From positions 1 through 63,122 of the forward strand of contig JABCTC010000021.1 of assembly GCA_018238545.1 (NCBI GenBank): 63,122 bases of DNA, written 5' to 3'. This stretch comes from Candidatus Heimdallarchaeota archaeon (lineage in GTDB: Archaea > Asgardarchaeota > Heimdallarchaeia > Heimdallarchaeales > Heimdallarchaeaceae). Positions 20,556 to 29,987 of the stretch are shown in pieces. The position numbers and the translations under genes were made by a program. Within the stretch, counting starts at the first letter, position 1; each line of letters begins with the position of its first letter. The notes beneath the pieces are model-generated. The model was not told the origin of the DNA and made no database searches. It saw nothing but the letters and a program-made list of their open reading frames with translations.

Positions 20556-22859
20556 TTATTGCGCGTTCACACCTTCAAGTTGGATGTTGACACCTGCAAA
20601 TGCACTAATTATATCGTTGACAGCTATTTCGAATTCGCCAGCTCTTCCAACTGGATCATCAGCCATTATTTCCAATATAAGATTGACTTCATCTACTGTG
20701 CCATACAAACTGTTTCGAATTCCTAATAGAGCATCTCTCGTTCCTGACAATTGCGTCATTCCTCCCGCTTCTGTTTGATTCATATAGTAGGTTGCAGTAG
20801 TTAGATCACTTATTGAAGCATGTAATGATGTGTTAGCTGCGATGAAATGATCTTGAGCTTCAGGAACAAAAAGTGTATCGTTGAAATCTTCATACCCTGC
20901 AGTTATATTGTTGAAACTGTAACTCAAATGACTTAATCCACTAAACATATAGTAGAATGAGTTTGCAATATTATTAGCATTGTAAACGTTCTGGGTTAAG
21001 TTGAATTGAATTAACTGATCTGTAAAACTAAGAGCAGGTGCACTAAGTTCTCCATATGTGTCATTGGAAGCTTTGGCTCTTACATCGTTAATCTGTGTAT
21101 CTGTAGCATTGGCATCGTCGGCCATTTCACCGGTTGTTGTTCTTAAGTCATCCATTGAACTAATTAGTGTCGAATAGTCTGAAATGTCCTCATAATTAGT
21201 ACCATCAAAAACACTCATAGTATCTTGCATTGTAAAGAATACGGTTGCAATGTTACCACCTAATGAACACAAGGGCACAGTTAAACCAACCATGTCAGTT
21301 AAGAATGCAACAGTTGAGTTAAGTATTGGTGTATCTGAATTCGCTATTGCTTGCACTTCTGGATCCAGAAGCTCATTATAAACTATGCTGAAGTTTGCAG
21401 ATGCATCGTCAAAATATGATGAAGTATCAATTCCTTTTGATTCATTGTAAAAGGTAGTTGTTGTTCCTATTACATCTCCAGCTTTGAATAAACTATAAGA
21501 TCCATATAAGAAATGTGTCAAAGTAGCTGAATCGCTTCCGCTTGGTTTAGTTAGCAAAACATCTATTACTCTTACAGCTCCTTCGAAGATCGAAAGATAA
21601 GAATCAATCATATCAACTTGTTCCAGTATTGACGCAGCGATATCAGGAGGTACTCCAAAAACCTCAAGTTCTGCTGTTGCTACAGTAATGTCAGTAACAT
21701 TCACTTTGTTTAGTTCTGCTAAAGCATCATCAATATAATCAGTACTGTTACCAAGAACCAATAAACCTTCATTTACTTTGTCGATACCTTCTTCAAATCG
21801 AGTATCATTAATCTCACTTTCAATTTGTGTTACAGTCCCATCCTTAGTTCTAAGGAAACTGCCACCTTCACCAAAAGAGGCCATTGCATCTTCCATACCT
21901 TCTAGAACAAAGAACGTGCCATTTGCGAACGGACCTAGACCTGAAGATATATGTAACGCTGCTAAAGCAACGTAGTAGATATTTTCTATAAACGTGCCCA
22001 GTACCGGAATAGCTGCCGATATTCCTACAAATCCTGCTTGTTGCAGACCGTATAGATTATCCGCGCTCTGTTGGAAATACTCAGACGCCAGGTAGAAGGA
22101 CGCTATTGCTTCATCCATATCCTCTTGTGTAGCATTCTCAAAGTTTGCGAAAATACTAAATCCTTGTCCCAAGTAAAGGGCTCCAGGTAGTATGTCACTT
22201 GTTACTGCAACAACCCCCGAGAATAGGAGGTGTATATATGGCGTAAGGATCAAACCAATGAAGAAAAATACTATTATGAAAAAGGCCCATAGTATAGTCC
22301 AAAGTGTTGGTTGTATCGTAAAGACTTGCACCCCCCACGTTAACGCCAACGTTCCGAATATGAATAACGGAAGAGCAATTATCAGATCAATAACAAAAGC
22401 AAATTGACTGAAAAATCTAACATCTTCCATGTTCAAATCTGCGGGAGCCCCCATGTCTGTTAAGGTTGCTTCCATTTCCTCAAAAGTATCAAGAATTAGA
22501 ACAGCTCTTTCTGATACCGGAGCAAACGGATTGTATACTGGAGCTTGAATTACGTAGTTAAACAAGTAACCAGCACCAAATACAATTAATAGCAATAATG
22601 GTATAGATATAAGGGCTCTAGATTTATCACGTACTAAACCAGCGAAAATGGCAAGGCCTATAATTCCTAATATGTAGGCTATGAGTGTTGAAGTAAAACT
22701 TTCTCGAGGTTGCATTGCTGCTTCAAGAATAAACATTAAAGCTACAAAGAATACAAGAAAGAAGAGTAAACCAATGCCCCAATAACTCCACTTTTTCCCA
22801 CTTTCCTCTGGTTCTACTAGTGGTTCTGTTTGTGGTTCTTTTATACTCATTAGAATCAT
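20556..22859 (-). CDS. large membrane protein: ~5 N-terminal TM plus a helical extracellular domain rich in N-glycosylation sequons
   Basis: Hydrophobic N-terminus; NAT, NGT, NDT, NST, NVT, NES, NLT, NQT sequons. Confidence 0.8.
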   Translation of the reverse strand: MILMSIKEPQTEPLVEPEESGKKWSYWGIGLLFFLVFFVALMFILEAAMQPRESFTSTLIAYILGIIGLAIFAGLVRDKSRALISIPLLLLIVFGAGYLFNYVIQAPVYNPFAPVSERAVLILDTFEEMEATLTDMGAPADLNMEDVRFFSQFAFVIDLIIALPLFIFGTLALTWGVQVFTIQPTLWTILWAFFIIVFFFIGLILTPYIHLLFSGVVAVTSDILPGALYLGQGFSIFANFENATQEDMDEAIASFYLASEYFQQSADNLYGLQQAGFVGISAAIPVLGTFIENIYYVALAALHISSGLGPFANGTFFVLEGMEDAMASFGEGGSFLRTKDGTVTQIESEINDTRFEEGIDKVNEGLLVLGNSTDYIDDALAELNKVNVTDITVATAELEVFGVPPDIAASILEQVDMIDSYLSIFEGAVRVIDVLLTKPSGSDSATLTHFLYGSYSLFKAGDVIGTTTTFYNESKGIDTSSYFDDASANFSIVYNELLDPEVQAIANSDTPILNSTVAFLTDMVGLTVPLCSLGGNIATVFFTMQDTMSVFDGTNYEDISDYSTLISSMDDLRTTTGEMADDANATDTQINDVRAKASNDTYGELSAPALSFTDQLIQFNLTQNVYNANNIANSFYYMFSGLSHLSYSFNNITAGYEDFNDTLFVPEAQDHFIAANTSLHASISDLTTATYYMNQTEAGGMTQLSGTRDALLGIRNSLYGTVDEVNLILEIMADDPVGRAGEFEIAVNDIISAFAGVNIQLEGVNAQ

Positions 22860-22972
22860 CTTTTTGAGTTTCTAACTATCACATAGCTAATTACCATATT
22901 TATAATTGTCGAATCTCTGAAATGTTATATTTGCAATGTAAAGAGGAAAACGGGAGTAAAAGGGTTTGAAAT

Positions 22973-23443
22973 TTAAAGTAAATTTTCACGAAGAGATAAA
23001 CGCAAGTCAAACCCAAAATCTACGTTTATATGAGAAAGATTGAGAAATGATTGTGTAGATTTGTATAGTAACTGTTCAATAGATCTGAGATTGGAGCCTA
23101 TTATTGGAACTGATATTGTAGGAAAGACTACGAATAATAGAACAGGAACGAAAGCACCCTTATCATCTTCATCGTCTATTAAAACCATATCAAAACCATA
23201 AACAAAGTAATCTTCAGATAATTGAAGAAGACCTCGAAAACGTCTTGAGTTTGACATATCGTAGGGTAAACCATTCATCAAAGTTGAAGTTCCCTTAATT
23301 GCCAATTTCATTAATAGATCTTCTGACAATGTTGAATTATTTGATAGAACAACAGGACCAAGTCTATGGTCGAATTTAACTAGAACAACCCCTAAATCTA
23401 GAGAGTTACTAGGTAACAGCTCGCATGATGACATTATGACCAT
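22973..23443 (-). CDS. longin/uDENN-like domain protein
   Basis: VVLVKFDHRLGP beta-hairpin followed by a helix and beta strands, matching the F-x3-4-GP start of uDENN/longin folds. Confidence 0.55.
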   Translation of the reverse strand: MVIMSSCELLPSNSLDLGVVLVKFDHRLGPVVLSNNSTLSEDLLMKLAIKGTSTLMNGLPYDMSNSRRFRGLLQLSEDYFVYGFDMVLIDDEDDKGAFVPVLLFVVFPTISVPIIGSNLRSIEQLLYKSTQSFLNLSHINVDFGFDLRLSLRENLL

Positions 23444-23548
23444 GTTACAATACTCATGCAGCTATATAAGAAAAAAGAGGGGCAATATTGAAAGTGAAAA
23501 AATTGAGTTTTTTCAAAGTCAACTATATTCTCGAAATTTTTTAGAATT

Positions 23549-23633
23549 TGGTGCGGGGAGGGAGAGTCGAACTCCCGAACTACTAAAGACTGGATCCTAA
23601 GTCCAGCGCCTTTGACCACTCGGCAATCCCCGC
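23549..23633 (-). tRNA. tRNA-Leu(TAG)
   Basis: GCGGGGA/TCCCCGC acceptor, CTGGA-CTTAGGA-TCCAG, long variable arm, CCA. Confidence 0.95.
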
Positions 23634-23704
23634 ATTTAGGAAAAAATATAGTGGTCAACAGTTTCAGTTTGTAGGATTTTTTAAATTTATCTTTGTGATT
23701 GTTA

Positions 23705-24172
23705 TCATTCTTTAAGATTTAATACCATTTCAGAAGAATTTTCTTTGAATCCTGCTCTAATATACATTGACTTTCCTATTTCTGTTGTTAGTAATCTTAC
23801 TTTCTTAATATTCTTCTTTGCTATGTCTTCTATTAATTTCCCAAGCAGTATTGTCCCTATCCCTTTCTTTCGTGCTTGTGGTAAAGTATACATGTTCATT
23901 ATGTATGCTTCCTCTCCTGAAACATTTCCAAAACTTGGTGGCACTTTGCTATAAGACACTCCGCTAGTTGCTACAATCAAATCATCTTCTATAGCAAGCC
24001 AAGCTATGAATTCTCCGTTCTGCAAATGAATTGTAAAATATTTAGTGAGAGATTTTTCAAGCAAATCAGATGATGTTTCTTCATCTATCTCCTCAGCTTC
24101 ACAGAGAAATTTTATTCGGAGATTAACCAAGTCTGTAACATCGTTTAAATCTGCTCTTCTATATTGAATCAT
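23705..24172 (-). CDS. GNAT N-acetyltransferase
   Basis: NMYTLPQARKKGIG motif A, MYIRAGF. Confidence 0.9.
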   Translation of the reverse strand: MIQYRRADLNDVTDLVNLRIKFLCEAEEIDEETSSDLLEKSLTKYFTIHLQNGEFIAWLAIEDDLIVATSGVSYSKVPPSFGNVSGEEAYIMNMYTLPQARKKGIGTILLGKLIEDIAKKNIKKVRLLTTEIGKSMYIRAGFKENSSEMVLNLKE

Positions 24173-24268
24173 TTTAAATCATGAAACACAGCACGGTACT
24201 ATTAATAAAAATGAGCATTTGTAGTAACAGAATTGTTTATTTGGTAAAAATCCTTGTTTGAAAAAAGT

Positions 24269-24377
24269 TGGTGCCTCGACCGGGATTTGAACCCGGGTCT
24301 GCGGATACTCCTGTTTTGTCACGCGGACTTTCACATGTGAAAGTCCGCAATGATTGGCCGAACTACACCATCGAGGC
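24269..24377 (-). tRNA. tRNA-Glu(TTC) with a 31-nt anticodon-loop intron (24307-24337)
   Basis: GCCTCGA/TCGAGGC acceptor, GCGGA-CTTTCA|intron|A-TCCGC, CCGGG-TTCAAAT-CCCGG, CCA. Confidence 0.88.
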
Positions 24378-24469
24378 GTTACTTGTGCTATCCGTTTTTC
24401 TGTCTAATCTTTTTAATATCTTTCGTTAATGGCTTTTTGAATTATGGTTATACCTTCAGCAAGGTTTTT

Positions 24470-25246
24470 CTAATTTTTCATCAAATCCACAAGAAACGAC
24501 AGTATTTTATCAAATGCTTCTTGCCTATGTGGATCTACAGTCAAAATGTGATCTCCCTTCTGTACAAAAAACAATTCTTTTTTTGTTTTCAAATCTTCGA
24601 ACAGCTCCTTTGCTCCTTCTGGTTTAGCTGTTTTATCCGCTCTAGACTGGATTATTAATACTGGAACGTTAATTTCAGCTACTTTCTTGTGTAATATCTT
24701 TAACATCTTGTATAATTGATTAGCAGCTGGTGTAGAATCTGCAGAATAAGAAAAAAGGTTATTTTCCACATACCATTTAATTCTTGCTTCGTTTTTTTGT
24801 CTATGAGCTCCAAAAAGACTGAAAAACCATGTAGCAAAGGATGAGGTCTTTGATAAGTGATAAAAAGCGTTGATAGTAAAAATAGCTTTGAATTTGATCT
24901 GTGTTGAGGAATATAGTGCAAGAGCACCCCCCATCGAAATCCCCCCAACAATGATGTTGGTATATTTAGAAATGTGTTCATCGTATACTTCTTGAATATC
25001 ACCAATCCATTCTTCCCACCGGATACTATCCATATCAACGGGTTTAGTCCCGTGCCCTTTCAAAAGGATTCCCTTTACATCATATCCTTCAGAATAAAGA
25101 AATTCTCCTAACGGTCGTGTCTCTGTAGCTGAGGCACCAAAACCATGTACTAAAATTACTAGATTCTTTGATTTCTTCTTGGTATTCTTGAAATAGTACG
25201 ATTTAGCAAGCTCTCTTAATCGTTCAGGATAGACATCTGTAAGCAT
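24470..25246 (-). CDS. alpha/beta hydrolase (carboxylesterase/monoacylglycerol lipase-like)
   Basis: VHGF, GHGT, GISMGG nucleophile elbow, D and H triad residues; start moved to ATG 25246. Confidence 0.88.
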   Translation of the reverse strand: MLTDVYPERLRELAKSYYFKNTKKKSKNLVILVHGFGASATETRPLGEFLYSEGYDVKGILLKGHGTKPVDMDSIRWEEWIGDIQEVYDEHISKYTNIIVGGISMGGALALYSSTQIKFKAIFTINAFYHLSKTSSFATWFFSLFGAHRQKNEARIKWYVENNLFSYSADSTPAANQLYKMLKILHKKVAEINVPVLIIQSRADKTAKPEGAKELFEDLKTKKELFFVQKGDHILTVDPHRQEAFDKILSFLVDLMKN

Positions 25247-25360
25247 GTGTGATGATTCAGCTAATTTGACTATAAAATATCGTTGATTTATACACAAATT
25301 GTCAATGTCTGAAAAAAGTTTATTAAACGTGTTGACATATAGTTGGTTGGTGAATTCCAA

Positions 25361-25594
25361 ATGGCAATAGCTTTCATCCTGATTAACAGTGAAATAGGAG
25401 AAGAAAAGAGCGTACTCGACCAACTTATGTCTCTTCCAAATGTCAGTGAAGCCCATGTAGTCTATGGTGTTTATGACCTAATTGCGAAGATTGAAGCAGA
25501 TACCATGGATGAATTAAAGAAAATTGTTACAGAAAATCTCCGAGCACTGGAGAATGTACGTAGCACAATGACAATGATCTGTGTCGAGAAATAA
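25361..25594 (+). CDS. stand-alone Lrp/AsnC ligand-binding (RAM) domain protein
   Basis: AFILIN..EAHVVYGVYDLIAKIE..VRSTMT; SD GGTGA before ATG 25361. Confidence 0.88.
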   Translation: MAIAFILINSEIGEEKSVLDQLMSLPNVSEAHVVYGVYDLIAKIEADTMDELKKIVTENLRALENVRSTMTMICVEK

Positions 25595-25702
25595 ATTCTT
25601 CCTAAAATACGTCATATTTTTCTTGCTTCAACATAGTTGATACTTTACATTTTTTTATGAATTCAAATAAATTTTAAATAAGAGTCACTAAACCTTATCA
25701 TC

Positions 25703-26428
25703 ATGAGTTATGAAATAGTGTTCGAGATATTATTATTATTATTTGGTTATTTTTGTGGTTCTATTCCTGTAGCTTATTTGATTGGAAAATTTGGTCATGG
25801 TATAGATATAAGAGATTATGGTTCCGGAAATATGGGAACCGCCAACGTTTTAAGAACACTTGGAAAGAAAGCTGGGTTAACAACACTAGTTTTAGACATG
25901 GTTAAAGGATCAGTAGCTGTTCTATGTGCCAGGTTTTATCTTTGGTTTGGTGGTTATGACATTTTTGGAACTAATGATAGTCTTGGTTTTCCTGCTACAC
26001 TAGATGAAGGGTTCTTCTTAGCCCTAGTTGCTTTTATGGCTGTTCTCGGTCATAGTCTTCCTGTTTGGTTAAAATTCAAAGGAGGAAAATCTGCTGCAGT
26101 TGGAGCAGGAGCGATATTAGCAGTCAACCCAATTGCTTGGATTATAATTATGGTTATCTGGTTCGTCCTCTTGAAAACTACAAAACTAATGTCTCTCTCG
26201 AATTTATCTGTAACATTAATTTCTATTCCCTTGTATTGGTATTTTGGAGGTAACCTTTGGTTTAACAATCAGAGTTTATGGGCTTTAATAGTAAGTGTAG
26301 CGATGGCTGTTTTTATCTATTGGAGGCACAGAGCAAATATTAAGCGTCTTCTTACTGGTACAGAAAGAAAGATGGGTCAAAAAGTTGATGTTGAAGAGGA
26401 GAAGAAAGAAACGGCGGAGGCTAGTTAG
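25703..26428 (+). CDS. plsY: acyl-phosphate:glycerol-3-phosphate acyltransferase PlsY
   Basis: GSIP, DIRDYGSGNMGTANVLR, LDMVKG, GHSLP..FKGGK, HRANIKRL..GTE. Confidence 0.9.
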   Translation: MSYEIVFEILLLLFGYFCGSIPVAYLIGKFGHGIDIRDYGSGNMGTANVLRTLGKKAGLTTLVLDMVKGSVAVLCARFYLWFGGYDIFGTNDSLGFPATLDEGFFLALVAFMAVLGHSLPVWLKFKGGKSAAVGAGAILAVNPIAWIIIMVIWFVLLKTTKLMSLSNLSVTLISIPLYWYFGGNLWFNNQSLWALIVSVAMAVFIYWRHRANIKRLLTGTERKMGQKVDVEEEKKETAEAS

Positions 26429-26484
26429 TTTTTTCTTTTCTATGTTTCCAAAAATATATATTGGTTTGAAGTTATACTAGGCTA

Positions 26485-28038
26485 GTGAAAAATCCTTTCA
26501 AGAAACCCCTATTTACTTCACTTTTTCTTGCTTTTTTAATTGTGGTTGGCTTAAGTGGTTTTTTCATCGCTAAAACTATTCTTGACAATTCAACTGGCTT
26601 TGAGTTGGATATCATTTCTGTTGAAGAAAATACTACAAAAGGAAACCCTGTCAAGATAGTTGCTGAAGTTTTCATTGGTAAAAGAGGAGACGTATTAATA
26701 GAAAATATTCAATTTGGTATTTTCTCTGAGGAATATGATTTCAACACCACAACCATTCAAGAAATTAACCAAACTAAAAGTGGAAAAGCCAGTTACAACA
26801 TAACAGTTTTCTTGCATCCCCTACTGAATTCAAGTGAGGGGTTCTATGCATTGAATGTAGGTGAGTATAACTTGTATTCAGTTAATATTTCATTTGGAGA
26901 ACAACTACCTACTGTGTTTAAGAAAACAAACTTTGATTTTAGTATAACTAATCCAGGAAAGGAGGAAAAAGCCACAAATGGAGATTTTAGGAATGAATCA
27001 GCTGGATGGGAGATTAACAAACTAGACTCTACGCTTATTACTGACATAGAAACCTCTTCACCATTAGATGGATCTTCATTCCACATTTCCAATATTGACA
27101 ATATTACAGTAACCAACTCAACGTGGGTTTCAATATCTCAAGACATGAATTTAACAAATACACACTTCGTTTCGTTTGAGATACTCTTAGATAAACCAGG
27201 TGTTTTAGGGGTTAACTTAACCATTAACGATATTCCACAGACAATGAGTCTAATCTTAACTGAAAGCTCGTCAACAGACCAGCTTATCTATTTTGAGCAT
27301 ACTGAAGGCATAGCCAATGTCACTCTTCAAATCATTTTTACAGAAATTACAGAATATTCCAATGTTTACTTAGATAATATATCGGCAGTTAGTTATGAAC
27401 ATAGAGTGTTTATTGTTGCACTAAATGACAATTGGGAAGTGATGGACGATAAGATTATTAGAAAAAGCCCAATCATAGGAATTACTAATGCATCGTTATA
27501 CTTTGAAAAAGATTTAGGCATCAAACTCATGCCAATATTGGAATTAAACTGGCACCCCCCTACAACCGAATATCCTGATGTTTATGACTATAGTAAACAA
27601 ATAACTGGAGATTTACTTAGTTTAGATGGCGGGTGGGATGTAATGTCTGGTAGATCTTCAAGCAATAATGGATTTGATTTTCTATCTTGCTTCTCTAACC
27701 AAACAAGTGATCACTTCGGTTTTGCATTTCTTGAAAGTAACATAGCTTTCCATTTTGCTAGGTCTCGGGAACTAGAAAATTATATTGAAGACTATTTTCC
27801 AAATGGTTTTAGCATCCCTGAAGAATGGGTAGAAAACATTATTCAGCACGAAATTAGTCATGATTTTGGAGCACTAGATAGAGATAGAGCTATCTACCCT
27901 CCAAGTATAATGAGTAAACCATATTCAGCTGAACAAGCTTTAGCAGATTTAGCTATAAGCAAACTCTGGTCGCAAGTAAATAACTGGCTACTAGATGACA
28001 TATTGTTAATGCTAGCAAATAGAGAGATGTTTGATTGA
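26485..28038 (+). CDS. membrane-anchored/secreted protein with a C-terminal metzincin-like Zn-protease domain
   Basis: N-terminal TM, beta-rich sequon-bearing middle, HEISHDFGALD and SIMS Met-turn. Confidence 0.7.
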   Translation: MKNPFKKPLFTSLFLAFLIVVGLSGFFIAKTILDNSTGFELDIISVEENTTKGNPVKIVAEVFIGKRGDVLIENIQFGIFSEEYDFNTTTIQEINQTKSGKASYNITVFLHPLLNSSEGFYALNVGEYNLYSVNISFGEQLPTVFKKTNFDFSITNPGKEEKATNGDFRNESAGWEINKLDSTLITDIETSSPLDGSSFHISNIDNITVTNSTWVSISQDMNLTNTHFVSFEILLDKPGVLGVNLTINDIPQTMSLILTESSSTDQLIYFEHTEGIANVTLQIIFTEITEYSNVYLDNISAVSYEHRVFIVALNDNWEVMDDKIIRKSPIIGITNASLYFEKDLGIKLMPILELNWHPPTTEYPDVYDYSKQITGDLLSLDGGWDVMSGRSSSNNGFDFLSCFSNQTSDHFGFAFLESNIAFHFARSRELENYIEDYFPNGFSIPEEWVENIIQHEISHDFGALDRDRAIYPPSIMSKPYSAEQALADLAISKLWSQVNNWLLDDILLMLANREMFD

Positions 28039-28112
28039 TTTACTTAAGCTGTAATAACAAGAACGAAAAGCTTAATTACATAATGAGGGGCAAAATAGTG
28101 AGAGACATTCTC

Positions 28113-28221
28113 GGCCGGATGGTCTAGCTTGGTATGGCCCTGGGTTTGGGACTCAGTGATCCCGTGTTCAAAATAACTTCAGATGCGCTCTGAAATATTG
28201 AAAATCACGGTCCGGCCACCA
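28113..28221 (+). tRNA. tRNA-Pro(TGG) with a 32-nt T-loop intron (~59/60; 28173-28204)
   Basis: GGCCGGA/TCCGGCC acceptor, CTGGG-TTTGGGA-CTCAG, T-arm CCGTG..CACGG with a BHB insert, CCA. Confidence 0.92.
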
Positions 28222-28534
28222 TCTTCTTTTAACTTCCAAATTTTTGCAAGGTATGATTTCATAGTTATTTCAAACACAATTACTTTTTGTAACTTGTTCA
28301 AAACCTATCTTATCATAGATGTGGGTAGTTGATTTATATAAATACTATTTAAAGACGTTACAACTATAGACTATTTTTCTGAAATTTACCTTTCTTTCTT
28401 AAATAATGTGAATTTTCTTCTTTCTTTGTTTTTTCTTTAAATAGTGCTTGTTTAATATATATTTGTTCAGAATTATGTTCTAATTGTCCCCCCTAATGCG
28501 GGGATGCTTTAAAACACAAAAAAGGTGAAAAAAA

Positions 28535-29755
28535 ATGAACAAAAATCTGAAAAAAATAACAACAACACTTTCGTTTCTTATGATTGTGTTTCTTGTTGCA
28601 AATATTGGTAATGTTGTTGGTTGGGGCTTTGATCCTGGAGACCCTCCAGCTGATACAATTGCTCCTAATGTAGCTATCACTTCCCCTTCTAATGGGGCAA
28701 CTGTTAGTGGAGTATTTACAGTATACGTATCTGCAAGTGATAATGTTGGCGTTTACAGAGTATACTTCTATATTGATGGAGTCTATAAGGGATATGATTC
28801 TACAGCTTCTTATAGAAAGAGCTTTAACGCAGCTGACTATAGTAACGGTGGCCATTCTATTAGAGCTACTGCTGTTGATGCTGCTGGAAATGTGCGATCA
28901 GATACTCATTCCGTCACATTTTATACTCCTCCTCCCCCTGATACCACAAATCCTACTGTTGAAATAGTATCGCCTGATGTAACATATAATTATCCTTGGA
29001 TAGAAGTTAATGGAGATATTACCATTAAAGCAAATGCTGGTGACAATGTTGCGGTTGACTATGTACAATTTTACATCAAGGATTCTGACACCTCTGAAGT
29101 AGTTGTTGATCTTGGTAGGTTCTATAATGCTCCCTATGAAACAATTTTTGATACAACAATTTTAGCAAATGATATCTATCAATTACAAGCAAAAGCTGTT
29201 GACACAAGTGGAAATTATAGAACTGACTTTGGTTATTTCATAGTTGTTAACACTCCTGATGTTATTGATGCCAGATTGACCTACAGCCATACTTTCTATA
29301 CTACTTATGATTGTCGTGACCCTGGAGGGTTTGAATATGAGGCCTGGATACAGATAGACATGACTGCAGTAGTAGAATTTAGCTATACAAGTGGAGTAGG
29401 TTATGATTTTACCTATTCTGAAGTTACCTATGAAACCTCATGGGATACTCTAATGTTATCTCCATGGAAATGTGATCCTGTGATATCCAATCGTATTGAT
29501 TGTCCATATCAGATAAGTTTTAATCCTGGAGAGGATGGTTTTGGATCTAATGGTCCTTACACTCATTCAAAGGATTGGGTAGAAACTGAATCTGACGAAT
29601 GGCCAGATGGTGGGCCATATTCTCGAGTAGTAATTGCATTTATTGTAGTTGGTAACAGCATATACATCGAGTATGAAACCACAATATTCTTCTTAAGTGT
29701 AAGTGGAGCATTGGATATAACAGAGAGCCTTACCTATGATAGTTGGAATTTCTGA
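28535..29755 (+). CDS. secreted protein with two bacterial Ig-like (Big) domains
   Basis: Signal peptide; DTIAPNVAITSPSNGATVSG..ASDNVGV..ATAVDAAGN and a second copy; SD AGGTGA. Confidence 0.82.
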   Translation: MNKNLKKITTTLSFLMIVFLVANIGNVVGWGFDPGDPPADTIAPNVAITSPSNGATVSGVFTVYVSASDNVGVYRVYFYIDGVYKGYDSTASYRKSFNAADYSNGGHSIRATAVDAAGNVRSDTHSVTFYTPPPPDTTNPTVEIVSPDVTYNYPWIEVNGDITIKANAGDNVAVDYVQFYIKDSDTSEVVVDLGRFYNAPYETIFDTTILANDIYQLQAKAVDTSGNYRTDFGYFIVVNTPDVIDARLTYSHTFYTTYDCRDPGGFEYEAWIQIDMTAVVEFSYTSGVGYDFTYSEVTYETSWDTLMLSPWKCDPVISNRIDCPYQISFNPGEDGFGSNGPYTHSKDWVETESDEWPDGGPYSRVVIAFIVVGNSIYIEYETTIFFLSVSGALDITESLTYDSWNF

Positions 29756-29987
29756 TACTGTCTGAAGTCATAAACTAACTAAATACAATTTTTTTTCTTT
29801 CTCTTTTTCTAGCCATTTATTCGCTTTTCTTATTCGCCAACAATACTATTATCCTTTCTAAGTTAATTTTTTTGAAGGTGTTTTGTTTAGGGATTATCCT
29901 ACAGATGTCACTTAATATTTTCTATCCACCTTCTTATTTTGTCTCCCTTATTAGAAAAGAGGATGTTAGATATAGGAGGGTACCTTG

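Noticed and set aside
23434-23658. 74-aa ORF
   Set aside because: Spans tRNA-Leu; spurious
24350-24658. 102-aa ORF
   Set aside because: Overlaps tRNA-Glu and is antisense to the hydrolase
25247-25456. N-terminal extension of the hydrolase ORF
   Set aside because: Overlaps the divergent Lrp/AsnC gene; ATG 25246 is the better start. Over-long starts were trimmed likewise for 871, 55152-56219, 58427 and 59193-61925
28487-28504. TCCCC..GGGGA hairpin upstream of the Ig-domain gene as a riboswitch
   Set aside because: Only a 5-bp stem, no recognisable aptamer
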